This document shows positions 26,069 through 39,020 of a stretch of DNA of 64,000 bases, one piece after another (the first letter of the stretch is position 1; every line of letters starts with the position of its first letter). Where the stretch lies: NCBI GenBank assembly GCA_002189035.1, contig NEEC01000012.1:2604001-2668000 (forward strand), written 5' to 3'. The notes under the pieces are model-generated. The model was given only the letters and a program-made list of their open reading frames with translations. It did no database searches and was not told where the DNA came from. The translations under genes were made by a program, and so were the position numbers. Origin of the DNA: Utricularia gibba. Its lineage: Eukaryota; Plantae; Magnoliophyta.

Positions 26069-27971
26069 TCAAGGGAGGCTCTGGAAAGAAGGGAATTGAG
26101 GTCTGTGTTTACAAGAAAGAAGAGAACTGAGGCATGGGGATTCTTTGTGGGCGAATCCTGATGATGCTGCAGAAGGCAAAATGGGTACTGCTTGAAGTGG
26201 AACTACGCCCTGGCCTTGAATTTTCCATGTCCCGACCGAGTAATCGGCTTCGCCGCTCGTTTTCGTTGCTGCTGATTTCTCCTGAAGTTCATGAGTGGGT
26301 GAGGGAGTAAATCATACATATGGAACGAGTGCTTGTATGGAGCATGGGGGAACCAGGCACCTAGGTGTTTGTGGAAAAGCCTGGGAGCATGCCACCCCAT
26401 GAAGCAAGATGATAATTATCTTCATTCTGTCAATCGGATTCCAGTTGAAGGACATGCTGGTTTTGTTCTGTGTGTTCAATGTGATGTATGACAGAAATAC
26501 CTGAAGACTCTGGTTGCCAGGCATTGCAGAAGAGGGAAAGCGCAATGCTTTTGCAGCTGCAAGGCCATGTCCCTGAGAGCTATTTGAGGACATAGATATC
26601 CCAAGACTGCTGCCACCGCCTGCAGATGAAATCTTAATGGGGGAAAAGTTAGGTTGTTCTCCGTTTCTCTTGAATGTGTCGCAGCTATCCATAGATCCTA
26701 AGTTTCGATGCCGACCTTCGTCTCTGTGACTGAAATCCACCACCCTCATGTAGTTTCCAGGGAAAAGACTAGTTACTTGTATGGCTTTTTTCTCATAAGC
26801 CCTGCATCCAATCAAATGGGTTCAAGCATTAGTGTAAGAAGTCTGGGGAAGATGGTTTTTGGAAACAAAAGCTCACTTCTGCTCAAGTGATCGCCGCTGG
26901 TTATGTTTCGGCAGGGAAGATGATCTTCTGTACTTGGAATTTCCACGAGGGAAACCAGTGCTTTTGTGGCGAAGAAGGTGAATGAATTCCTCCTTTGTGA
27001 AGTTCTTCATCTGCAGAAAAACCCAGTAGGGCAGCATTTGAATGATGATGCTGAAAACTCAGAGCAGCAATCTAACAGTAGGTATTTACCTGCTTCATGT
27101 CCTCCTCGTAGTCACCTGTGCTGAAATTGATGTCTGCACCAACCCCACGAAACATGATAGCTGCTCGATCATAAGTCCTGAAGTATTAGAATGTTTCAGA
27201 CTCAGAATCAGCCTCAACTTATGCATCAAGCTAGCAGAAATTGCTACCTAGCAGCATCATGGGCAGAGTCAAATCCCCCTGAAATTTTGAAACAGAGATA
27301 AACAGAAGCACCATAGATGGAATGGAATTCAACACAAAAAACCAGGGTGAAGAGACCAAGTTCTTACCCAGATACACTTGTTTTCCGCAATCCCTGAAAG
27401 AATAGGAACAAAACATGTTAAACAATAAGTTGCGCACAAACGTAAAATGAATCTTCTGTTTTGGGGGAGGATAGAGTTATAAAAAAAAAAAAAAAACTGG
27501 ATGAGGCACAATCGCAAACACCATACATGCATGCAAGGGAACTCTGAAACAGTCATATACAACGAACCAGATATGGGATTCCCATCTTCCAGTTCTACGG
27601 TAAAAAGTAACCCCTCGGTACTGCGAGCTCCGGGAACGGGGGCCGCGTCTGCTCTTCTTAACCTGGGGTTGCCATACTTGATGACTACTAAACGGCAAAT
27701 GGGTCGAAAGTTCCGGCCCCGTTGACAGATTCAACCAGTATTGAGCTGTAACCGACGGAGACAGTGGACCCATAGGGAAGAGCTGAAGCTCCCCTTTCAG
27801 GCTATCATCCATGTTTCCTTCATTATCAACATCGTCGTCGATGTGTACGACATCCTTGCCTAAGACTGAGAAATTTAGTGTAAACACAGAGGCGTTGCAG
27901 CCTAGTTCATCTCCGGCAGCGGATATGGCAAAGTCATCTTCTCCGGTGGCGTCAACATTCAAATCCAACAT
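26069..27971 (-). CDS. euAP2/TOE-type AP2 transcription factor with one intact and one degenerate AP2 domain
   Basis: MLDLN EAR motif; [31 protein letters not shown]|DCGKQVYLG|[10 protein letters not shown]|[11 protein letters not shown]; linker [14 protein letters not shown]; C-terminal AASSGF miR172 motif. The 3' end is approximate. Confidence 0.9.
26153..26172 (-). promoter_or_regulatory. miR172 target site in the AP2 gene
   Basis: Minus strand reads CTGCAGCATCATCAGGATTC, the canonical euAP2 miR172 site. Confidence 0.92.
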
Positions 27972-28697
27972 CTCCGTTTTCCCCAGAGACCCAACGGCGG
28001 TTCCCCGCTTGTCCTCAATAGCAGAACAGAAAAAAAAAAGGGAGATTTCAGATCAACCCCTTTCTTGTTCTGGCATAGACAAAGGTTCTGAAATGGAAAA
28101 AGAGGAAAACCCACTACAAAAAGGCCGGAGAAGTGGCGGATGAAGATAAGAGTAGTGGAATTCTGATCAAGACATCAGATACTCCCATGAAGAGGAAGGC
28201 TTACCTTTTATAACCACAGCTGCCAGATGACGTCACAACGGTTTCCATTTTGGTGTTGAAGAAAAGTTTCCATAATTAGATGGATTGCACGCTCTCCCTT
28301 TTTAATAATCATCATTATCATACCTTTTAGCTCATTAAGTAAATATTACCCACCTTAAATTGGATTCAATAATTAGGTGGAACCCTAATTAGTTTCTACT
28401 TTAGGGTTGCCCCCTTTTACAAAACTAACCCTAGTAAACGATAATAAAAAAAAATATTATTATTATATTTTCCAAGTTGACATGTGGGTCCCAAGAAAGC
28501 AACGAACAGATGCCAAGGTGGAGTCAGCAAAGATAGCATACCAGGTTCCATTGCTTTTTTGTAATGTCCTGCGCGACGTGGCTTCTTCTCCTCCTGTTGC
28601 TGTCTCTTTTCGCCATTGGGCTGGGCTCAAGCTCTGCCCTGGGCTGCAGAGCACCATCTACCTGAAAGAGAAGGAAAGAAGGGAACATGCAGACATC

Positions 28698-30568
28698 CTA
28701 CCAGAAGTCTCCACAGGAGCAGTGGCCATGGCGAAAGTGATGAAATCTACGGGTGTCTCTCAGAGTGATTTCCCTGTCCACCAATCTGGATACGAATTTG
28801 AATGCGGTGTGGCAATCTCCACAGACCCTGATGTTCTTCTTTATAGAGATGGGAACTCCAGGGGGGGTGACGATGAGAGCAAACGCCACAGCTAGTTTCT
28901 CACTGTGGTATTGTAGCATCTCTTCCCTTTCCTGCTCATCTGCACCCCAGACTGCCTGTGTTGTGTCTGTCACATAGCCCAGTTTCTTGCTTTCCTCTCT
29001 CAGCTTCTCCCAAACTGAACGAATCTCATCTCGTCGGGGATGAGAACCGTCGTTAGCTACGAAAATATGAACTGCATTCCCGATTTCTAGCCAGCTACAA
29101 CCAGGCTCCTTCTTGACGCCTCCATCGCTCATCACACGTCTAACTCTTAAAGCGTCCCTCAGCCTACCGGCGGAGGCGTACATGTTGGAAAGAAGAACAT
29201 GGGGTCCGGAGTCATAAGGGTCTAGTTCGAAAATACGCTCTGCTGCCAAAGCTCCCAACTCCATGTTCTTGTGCATTCTACAAGCCCCAAGTAATGCTTT
29301 CCAAATATCAGCTGTAGGCTGGATTTTCATTTCCTTGATGTATCTCATGGCGCGATCTAGTTTACCTGCACGTCCCAGAAGATCGACAAGAGTGACATAG
29401 TGAGTGATCTCAGGCTCTAAATTGTATTCCTTCATCAAGTTGAAGTAATGCAGTCCCTTGTCTAAAAGACCAGCATGGCTACAAGCACTGATGACACCTA
29501 GAAAACTGATGTTATCTGGTTCATACCCAAGACTGAGCATTTCTTCAAAAAGATTTACTGCTTCCCTTCCTAATCCATGTTGTGCATAAGCTGTTAACAT
29601 TGAATTCCATGAAACCAATTCTTTGTTAACCAAATGATCAAAAACCTTCTTGGCATCCACTATGCTTCCTCCTTTACCGTACATTCGAAGAAGCGTATTG
29701 CCAACAAAAGCAACCAGATTCATACCAGATTTTAGCATGTCAGCGTGCGCCCATTTCCCTGGCTCCAGAGCTCCTGCTTCTGCGCAGGCTGCAAAAATGC
29801 TAGAATATGTGAAATCAGTAGGATCAAGGCCGCCCCTTTTCATCTCACGAAATACCTGCAGTGCTTCTGGTGCTTCACCTTCCCTCGCATATCCTGCAAT
29901 CAACGAATTCCAACAAACTTCATTCCTAGTCTTCAGTCCATCGAACACGATCTTTGCATCCCCCATCCTCCTACACCTTGTGTAGACGTCAACCAATGCA
30001 CTTCCAACGTACAAATTCTCATCATACCCTTCCTTGACACAATGACCATGAATCATCCTTCCCATTTCATCACTTTCCATACCCCGGCAGCCTTGAGAGC
30101 ACTCGATAAAGTAAATCTGTTCGGTCGAAAACCCATCACCATCATATCCTTGTACACTTTCAACGCCTGCTCACATTCATTATTCTGTGAGTATCCACTC
30201 ACGAGCATGGTATAAGAAACCATATCCCTGCCAATCATTTCATCGAACACCTTACGTGCGATCTCCATATTCCCAGCTTTGGCATACATATTGATCACCA
30301 TATTCTGCAAAACACTTGAACTCTGGAATCTTGAAGTGAGGAAATGGGCGTGTACCATTCCACCCTCTTTGATCTTTCCCTCGTTGGTACACTTCTTGAA
30401 TAGCTCACAGTACAATTTAGCGCTCTGTTCCATGGCGCCGTGATGGATGAGTTCAAAAACGAGGAGATTCCCATTTGCAGCCCTTTTCAGAATATCTTCG
30501 CCGTGGATTGTTCCAGAAATCTTACCGTTTTGCGACGGTTGAAACAATGTCCGGCGACATCGAATCAT
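28698..30568 (-). CDS. PLS-class PPR protein with E and DYW domains (ends DFW); apparent frameshift at 30082-30085
   Basis: PPR repeats (VSYTMLVSGY, VCWNSLIAGY, VSWNSMLTAY), PGCSWLEI, HSEKLA and CGDCH deaminase signatures. Two ORFs join at AAG(G)MESDEMG if one G is added. First ATG at 30568. Confidence 0.92.
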
Positions 30569-30720
30569 GTACAGAAAACGGAATCTGAAAAGAATGAGAC
30601 TTTTTCTTCCGAAAATACCCTTCGACGGCAATCTTCAATTAACTCCACTACAGATAAGGCAGCAGTATTTTACAGGTGTTCGTTCGTTCACCGTCTAATC
30701 AATCCTCCCGAGTTCCAACG

Positions 30721-31431
30721 ATGGAGGCAATGCTCTTCACTTTCCCCTCCACGAAGCCACAATCGTCGCCATTGCTGGTTTCATCTACAACGCTTCCGCT
30801 GAAAACCCGCTTCAACAACCCATTTGATTGTCAATTCAAGCAGCTTAAACATTCTCCGAAGACCCGGTCGTTACCCGGGATCCGGGCGGCGATAAGCCGC
30901 ACCAAGAAAGAAGAAACGATAGAGAAGGTGAGGCAAGAACTCGAGGGTTGTTACCTAATTGCAGGTATCAGCTACAAGGGATTCACCGTTCAACAGTTTC
31001 AAGAACTCAGAACCCAGTTACCGGAGACCTCCAAACTTGTGGTTGCTAAGAATACCCTTGTGTTGAAAGCCATTGAAGGTACGGAATGGGAAGCTCTGAA
31101 GCCATGTATGACGGGTATGAACGCGTGGCTTTTTGTGCACAGCGAGGAGATTCCTGCTGCGTTGAAGCCTTACAGAACTTTCCAGAAGGAGAAGAAGTTG
31201 GAAGATAATGATTTTACAGGGGCAGTGTTTGAGGGGAAGTTTTATGGGGCAGATGAGTTTAAAACGCTGGAGGCATTGCCTTCAAAGGCTGAGGTATATG
31301 CACAGATTCTGGGATCTTTGCAAGGCCCTGCTTCCGCAGTTGTGGGTACCATTCAAGCGCCTGCAAGAAACTTGATCATGGTGCTTAAAGCTTATTGCAA
31401 GAAGCTGGAAGATGAGTCTGCAGGCAACTAA
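30721..31431 (+). CDS. RPL10: Plastid 50S ribosomal protein L10 (transit peptide plus L10 domain)
   Basis: Ser/Pro-rich transit peptide, then AISRTKKEETIEKV..YKGFTVQQFQELR..VAKNTLV..GMNAWLFVH. Confidence 0.92.
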   Translation: MEAMLFTFPSTKPQSSPLLVSSTTLPLKTRFNNPFDCQFKQLKHSPKTRSLPGIRAAISRTKKEETIEKVRQELEGCYLIAGISYKGFTVQQFQELRTQLPETSKLVVAKNTLVLKAIEGTEWEALKPCMTGMNAWLFVHSEEIPAALKPYRTFQKEKKLEDNDFTGAVFEGKFYGADEFKTLEALPSKAEVYAQILGSLQGPASAVVGTIQAPARNLIMVLKAYCKKLEDESAGN

Positions 31432-31798
31432 AGGTTTCATCTTGCAGGTCCAGGTAAATGGCAAAGTAAAGTTTTCGTTTTGCGGCTGAGTTTGTGGAAA
31501 ATGTAAGCTTCCTTCATTGGCTAGTAATGTATTCACTAAAACATCATGTATATGATGATAATGACGAATTTGGCAGGAACATTTTATTTTTTCAAATTTA
31601 CATTTTGCAAAAAGCAACAGAGAAGAACAGTGGGATGTTAAACATTATAGCCTTGGAGGTATCGTTGAAGCCTAAACTACATGATACAACCAAGCTGTCC
31701 TGAACCATTTCTCATCAGTATTGGAAAAGGGCTAGTTCTTCCAATCTCAAAGTTTCGCCTTTCTCAATGTTTAGCATGATGCTGCGAGTGCACATACC

Positions 31799-34700
31799 TT
31801 ATATCTTGTAGCCTGGTAAGGAAGCAGAGGTTTTGAAGCTATTGGGACGCCTATATGTCGAGGCAACGTGAGGGGAACTATGAACCAACTGCATAAATTT
31901 ATTTCATGTTAGCAGTGCACCAGATTACATCAAGTAGCAAAGCAGAGACTTGTACAGTGATTCACCTGGGGATGAGAAGGGGGGGTTGCAGGAGGAAAAT
32001 CAGAGCTGTTAACGCCAAGGAAGTGTGGCATGCTTCTTTTGGCAAGTTCTGTCAGTGTTTCGAGCTCAGGGAGAACAACCTTACCAAGATCTGGTCTGTC
32101 TTTGGGCATTAGTTGTGTACACTGAAGTCCTAGTTTTGCCATACACAGTGCTGCATCCAAAGGCCAATCAGGTACAGAAAAATCCAACACTTCAAGCAGA
32201 GTGCCATGTTCAATGGCGTTGCTTATAGCGTGAGCCAACCCCATTGCTGGTTTGGCCGTCAATATTTGAAGAAGCACGATCCCGAACGAGTAGATATCGA
32301 ACTTCACTCCAAGCAGACCTGTTTGTTGATACTCAGGATCAATATGGCAACTAGCTCCTGTTGTTGATGTTAACCTTAGCTTTGTAATATCATCCATTTT
32401 TGATGGAGGGATGAGCCTGACCAATCCAACATCACTGATTTTTGAAACGTAGTTCTGATCTAACAGAATGTTTGCAAGTTTAATATCACCATGGACCATA
32501 GGCTCTGGCCTTGTTTGGTGAAGATAGTGTACCACTGTAGCAGTTTCTGCTGCTATTTTGAATCGTACTTGCCAAGAGAGTGGCAAAGTGTTCCCTCTCT
32601 TGAAGAGACGGTCTTCAAGGCTTCCATTCAGCATGTACTCATAAACAAGGCAACCATATTCAGGACAGGCTCCAAGGAGTAGAACCATGTTAGGGTGTCT
32701 CAAGGAACTCAGCACTTCAACCTATTAAGGTTTTTTTGTCCAAATAGATATCATCAAAACCATCATCATAATGAACACGTTTTTATTCAAATCTTACTTC
32801 TTGATCAAACTGGTTTTCCCCTTGAAAAGCATCAGGATGCAAAACCTTTACTGCAACTGGTGTATGGTCAAGATGGCACTTGTACACCCGGCCATTATCA
32901 CCTTCACCAATTTTCCGGGATTCAGAGAAGTATTTTGTTTCCTCTTCAATCTCTTCGATGGTGTACCTTCTGTATTTTAATGCCATTGAACTAAGTTCTC
33001 TCTTTTCTATCTCCGAAGGGGCGCTCATCTCAATGTCCAAGCCTTGGTGGGGTTCAAGTAGCACTCTTTGTGCAGCATATGCATCCTCCAGTGCTGCTTT
33101 ATATTTTTCCTTCTCTTGCTCAGCACTCATCCTAGCTGCTTCCTCTGCAAATCGAGCAGCTTCTAGTCTTTTTTCTTCGTTCATTCTCCAGCGATGAAGT
33201 TCTGAAACCTACAGTCTCAACTCAAATCTAAAAAGTACAGAAAATTTGCGTTCTTTGAACCAGATACACTTCAGGTTTCACCTTTTCTTTTGCAGTTTGT
33301 GCTTCCTTAGAAGCAGTGCTATACATTTGCATGGTTTTCTGCAGCTCAATTTTTAGTCTTCTCATTTCAGCCTCAGCATCATCCTTCAAACACATTTTTA
33401 TTGAATAATATCAACAAAATATAAAATCTTTCTGATGGCATTGCACTTACACTTTCAGATGAAGATGAAAGATCAGTGCTACAGTTCAGTTCACATGACT
33501 TGGTCCATGATCCAAGGCTACTCTCGGAACTCATTGAATCTCGTGAACTCGGCATTGAATCCACACGATCAAAGAATATGCCAGACACAGGATCAACAGA
33601 CATATCCGTACTTGGCCTATTAGAGCCCACAAATGATATATCTGTATCCAATAATGATATATCAGCCACCATGCTTGGGTTGTACCCTCTCTCTGAGGAA
33701 AATGGTGACCTGGAACAAACAAAGTATAGGTTTTTAGTCTCTCTATCAAGAACCTTATGCACCACACAGTAAGTATTCATTTAGGAAACTTACTTGAAAA
33801 ACTTATTCTCATCAGCAACAGTGGTCTTTCCTGATGTTGCCCTCTCTACTCCTATCCAAGAAATCTATGATTCATCAAATGAGAAATCCACCATACCTTT
33901 AGGAGAGTCTAAGTATGAATCTGATTGCTCTTGGCAATACATATCTAAAATGGAAAATACATAAATGCCTTTTAACCAAAACAAACCTTTGGGCAAAGAC
34001 ATATGTCTGGGGATTGGAGTACTGGAACTAGAAAAACTTTTACTACCAATACCCTTCTGCATTTGCTGTAACTGAGGTAGAAGCGGAGAGGTAAATGGTG
34101 CCATACGAGAGGCATTCCTCACATATGAAATCTTTGATTTCGAGATAACATAGACAGTGCAAAAATCAGGTGATCCCTTCGATATTTTACTAGGAATGTC
34201 CGTCATCTTCAATTTTCTGCAACATTAACCGGCCAGCAGCTTCTCTTAGGTCATTTTAAAACTAGCACCAAATCATTAAGAGAACAAAACGAGGTACAAA
34301 TGATATATCTTTACTTCAAAAAGCCATGTCGAGATGCACCCAGAACTAAGTTCTCGATTGCTGCATTAGAAACGTATTCGGAAATTGTTCTTGCAATATT
34401 TTTGTCCTCCAATACCACATCAAAGCAGTTTATCTACAAGAAATGATCCCAACGGTAAGCACATGTAAAAATGATGATCAGAGTGTGCCAAACAAAAAAA
34501 AAAAAAACGCACACACATCTTTTCGAGTGCAGAAACAATGGAAGTTCAAGAAGAGATCCTTGGTGTGATCTTCAACCGATCCCAAGTCAGCGGAGCCAGA
34601 CACAATGAGCCCTTTTGTAGCACCTTTATCTACATTGCGTTGACAAGAATCATATGAAAATAAAGCGTCGAATGCCACCACATGAGCAAATCGTCGAACG

Positions 34701-34923
34701 CATTGCAGGCGCATGATGGAATAAGGAAACAATTGATCTTACGCGAAGAGTTGGCGACAACATGAATGAGAATGACTCTCTGGCCTTTCGTAAGGAGGTT
34801 GTCGATGGCCCATTTGATGGCATGTTGGCTCCCTCTTTCTTTGTCGATAGCAACCGCAACTAGCCCGTTTCGGCCTCCATTTTTTCCACTATTACCACCG
34901 TGGTTGGATCCTGAATCCCACAT
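31799..34923 (-). CDS. USP (adenine-nucleotide alpha-hydrolase-like) domain plus Ser/Thr kinase protein
   Basis: N-terminal VAVAIDKERGSQHAIKWAIDNL, FHCFCTRKD, VLGASRHGF, PDFCTVYVISK; coiled coil; kinase VAVKVL, LVYEYMLNGSLEDRL, HGDIKLANILL, DPEYQQTG. The last exon (to 31799) is tentative. Confidence 0.88.
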
Positions 34924-35245
34924 GTTTCTCAAGATGCAGATGGAGGGTTCGGCTCTCGTTCTTTCCGAAACTGGAACTGTATTCTTCTCTCAAGATTTGC
35001 GGATTGAGAATTGAAAAACCTTCAACAGAAAGGCAATGGCTCTCCTTAAATCTCGCATCAAGAAACTTGGAATCCATTACAAAAAAAAAGAGCTACTTTT
35101 CTAATCTTTTGAAAATACTGTTCAGTTGCAACCACAAAATTCATCAGTTCACAAATGATGGCAAAAAGAGTTGCAACAAGTCCATCGAACTCCATCCCTG
35201 ATGCTTCATCATTTTGTGAAGATGGCGCATTGCCTGAACTTGCCA

Positions 35246-37027
35246 CTAGAGTTGATCAAAAAGACGACTTGTCACCGCATCACCAGAACATAAATTTTGC
35301 AGCTTCATGTTGTATTGAATGAAGATCATATCTGTTAACCTTTTTACTTCTGTTGGGTTCTTTACCGCAGACGCCAGCCTCTCCATTGAACCCCTATCAA
35401 GCTCAAATCTTGATCCACCTTCACACGTTTGATTCAGAATTCTGACAGCTAATCTTTGCAGCACCGGACACTCTTTCCCGAATTCATTCCACCAGTCCCC
35501 TGGAACAAAGACAATGCATTAGATTATCTTTGTGAGGGAAATAGATGAAACATTCTTCTATGGGTTTTTGCACCATCAAGTTCGAAGCTTTTTTCTTTCG
35601 CCATACTTATAGTAGTGTAGAGTCTTCTCACAGCTTTCTTCACATTTACTTGGATGTCTGCATAAAGATTAGGAGTAGAAACTATTGAAACCTGGAGACA
35701 TATTTGAGGCTTGACAAATATCCATGCCAGCCTTAAAGGCACCCATTGCAGTTCTGTATCTTTCCATTTCAACTGTTATTTTATCCTGAACTCTGGTATC
35801 TTCTGTTGATCGCACTACGCAGCATAGCATACCGGTAGCGATTTCTGGATCGATACGCTGGTTATTGGCGTAGAATAAAAACGGGTTCAGGAAGAAACCC
35901 GCAGAATGAAGGGGGTTGTGGAGGAACTCCTCCCAGACACCATCTATCACTTCCCAGACTTGAGTGTACTTGATTTTTTTGTGTTTGAGTTCTTCTTTAA
36001 TGGTCTCTTTGACACGATCCATTGTCTCGTATATGTATCCCATATGCGGATGCGGAGACTCGTTCATATATTCCAACAAACGAACGAGAGGAATAGCAGC
36101 ACTTAAGACAGAGGAGACCTTCATCCAAAATGATTCATCAGAAACCAAGTCAGCTACACTTTCCACTTCCACGATATCAGATGAAAGAAGCACCTTTTTC
36201 AAACTCTCTTTCTGCAGAAAAATAGTCTCCAGCGTTTGGAAAGGGTGTGCAGCATCTAACACCAAAGGTTTGGTGACTAAGTGATGGCTATTATTCAGCA
36301 AACAGTTGAAAACTCTAGGATTGTTATTAATCAATGTTGTGATGTTTTCTGCTTCTTTCAATGTCTCGTTAACCACTTGGAGTTGCTTCAGGTTCTCCAG
36401 CATAAGCCCTATACAGCTGGAGGCACTCATTGTCACAAAAAGCTTCCTTTGTTTCTCTGCAAGTCGCTGGCTTACTTCTTTCATGAATGTCGATGTTGAA
36501 GTTGAGATAATCTGAACAACATTATCCTTACCAACTTCCTCTACAATGTTCATTAAGAATGAGCACATTGAATCCACATTATTCCTCAAGACAGAGATGT
36601 TATAAGAGCTAAGATACACAGTTCCCTTTGGACAGTCCACTAAAACATTAGCTAGATCTCTGTCCATTGCATCTGTCCACTGATCCAGCAAAATACTGCA
36701 ACCAGAAACTTCCCAGGACTTTCTTACACCATTAACATATGCATGCATCCTTTGTAAAGCCTCATCAAATATCCATCCTTTCAACTCTTGAAAACTAGGA
36801 ATACTGAAACTCATTCCTCTAGAAAAGGTATTAATCATCCTCTTGAAGCTGGGTAAGTTGACTGCATTATGATTTAGCCCACTTTCGTACATGAAATCAC
36901 CGATTCTTCTCTTGGTTTCCCTTATCTGTGAGTCATGAATATCCATTTTCGATGCCTGCCGATCCTCCATCTCTGGGTCATCTGGTGAGAGCCTTTCTAG
37001 GTTACTACTACTCTTTACAGAGTCCAT
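35246..37027 (-). mobile_element. hAT-transposase-derived gene (DUF659 plus hAT dimerisation domain), probably domesticated or inactive
   Basis: CSILLDQWTD, HNPLHSAGFFLNP and DWWNEFGKECPVLQRLAVRILNQTC motifs; one GT-AG intron before GDWW; intact frames; no TIRs noticed. Confidence 0.8.
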
Positions 37028-38602
37028 TTGAAGCTAAAACAAGAGCTTCTTTTCATCTGCTAAATAGCATTTCTTCAGAACCTGAAACAGAATGTAGAAC
37101 TCGCCCATAAAGAATCATCAAGCCTGATCTTAAAACAACATCGAAGCTCCAAAAGATGCAAAAAACGAGTCTCATCTCCCACAAAGACATAAAAGTAACA
37201 ACAACAAGTCATACTCCACAGTGAAGATGAGAAAATCACAACTTTCCAGCACTCCATCACGTAAATAACGTACAAACCAGTACCTCGAAAGCTACAACTT
37301 CTTCTGGTAGCGTCACCTGAATCACCCATTTTAATACCACAAACACCACCCCGAGCAACATAAATGGAAAAAAAAAAAAGACAACGTAAAGGCAGAGCTA
37401 TGCATGAATCCTTACATTCTGAACGAAAAACGCAAGCATCACCAATCGCCAAGAAACTAACCACCAGCTCCTTACCAGAAAATGAAACATCCCAAAGCTG
37501 AGTGTACAGTAAAACAAAATCCGTACGTTTCCTGGTGAAAACCTCTTCCTCTTCCTTGTCTCTGTTCGTACACCCAAAAAAGAAAAAAAATATAAAAATT
37601 TGGAAACAGCGATCGCTAGCCTTTCCCTAATTGGGCTGATCAACATGCACGATACTTTCTTTCTTTAGTAAAGCCCAATTCTAAAAACAGCCCAACCCAC
37701 CCAATTTTGAAATAAAAAGCCTTTTTTTAAAAAAATATCCAACGGCCAATCACAATCAGGACCACCATATTTTAAAAATGATTCTTCCAATTAATTATGA
37801 ATTTTGATTGAATTGAAATCATTAATATTTTTAGTTATATTTATCATAAAATCTATCAAAATTATTCGATTCAATATAATAAATCATGAATTCGATAGAA
37901 TTAGAATCTATGATTTTAAAAAAATTTATCATCCATCTCAATTCTTAATTCAATATGTTAATCAAATCGAATTCGATCAACGAAAAGTTTGATTCAAAAG
38001 CTCGATTATAGTTTCGAATGCATGTTATCAATTTTTTGAGCCAACCTCAAGCTTAGATTGAACTAGCACAATGTACTAAAGTTTTAAAACGATAATAGTA
38101 TATTTGATAATATACTAAAAAGATATTTTTAAAACGAACCGCCCGGTCCATTCTTGATTTGAACCGTAATTTAACCGTCAAGATCCGACATTGTTATAGC
38201 TTATGGACGCCTCCATTGATTTCACTGGATTTTTGGGCCTGAAAATGGTGGATTGGGTTGGACGCAAACCCCACCGCTGGTGGACGCTTCTGGTTCAAGA
38301 AAGAGATAGAGGGGCGTGGCTGCTTCCACCTCCGGCATCATTCATCGCGCATGAAAGCGTCCGGCCCGGCCTGGGGAAGTTTGCTTGGCATGGAAACAAA
38401 GATGGGTTCTCTGGGTTATCCGTCAAGTGCCACTTGGGGACTTAATCTTGGATTTTTTAAGAATCGGGAGGTGGATTGTGGGTGTTGCAACTACTGGGGG
38501 CTCGCGGGTCGTGTCCCAGCCCCAGCTTGTTGTTGTTGTTTTGGGAAGAAGGTAGAGAATAACAAACTTTGAATGAGGAGTTTCATCAGACGGCAATAAA
38601 TG

Positions 38603-39020
38603 CAGTTCCCTGTGGTGCCGGTGCCTTGATTCAATCTCTCGCCCACCCAGGACTGAAAATGCCCCGAGTTTGGTTGCTCCTACAGACCCCGCACCAGAAA
38701 TGGAGCCACTTCCCCTGCTGGTGCCTGGTGGCTCAATCAACCCCCAACCCAACCCAGCATTGGCCTCTGAGAATGGCCCGAGTTTGGTGGCTACTTCTGA
38801 CCCCCAACACCTCAAAAATGGAGCCGCATCCTCCGCTGCCGAAAAGGGTTGATTCCCCTTTGCCACTGCTGGTGCCCGGTGGCTGAATCCAACCCCCGAC
38901 CCAGAACTAGCCACTGAAAATGGCGCGAGTTTGGTGGCTTCTAGAGACCCGGCACCCGCTCCTAACCCACCGAAAATGGAACCACATTCCACCCCGCTGC
39001 TGAAACGGGTTGATTCGCTT
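38603..39020 (-). repeat. Three imperfect tandem units (~105-160 nt) within a Gly/Ser-rich ORF-like region
   Basis: Recurring GAGTTTGGT(G/T)GCT and (C)TGGTGCC blocks; minus-strand translation repeats ATKL(A/G)(P/A)FS three times. Confidence 0.7.
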
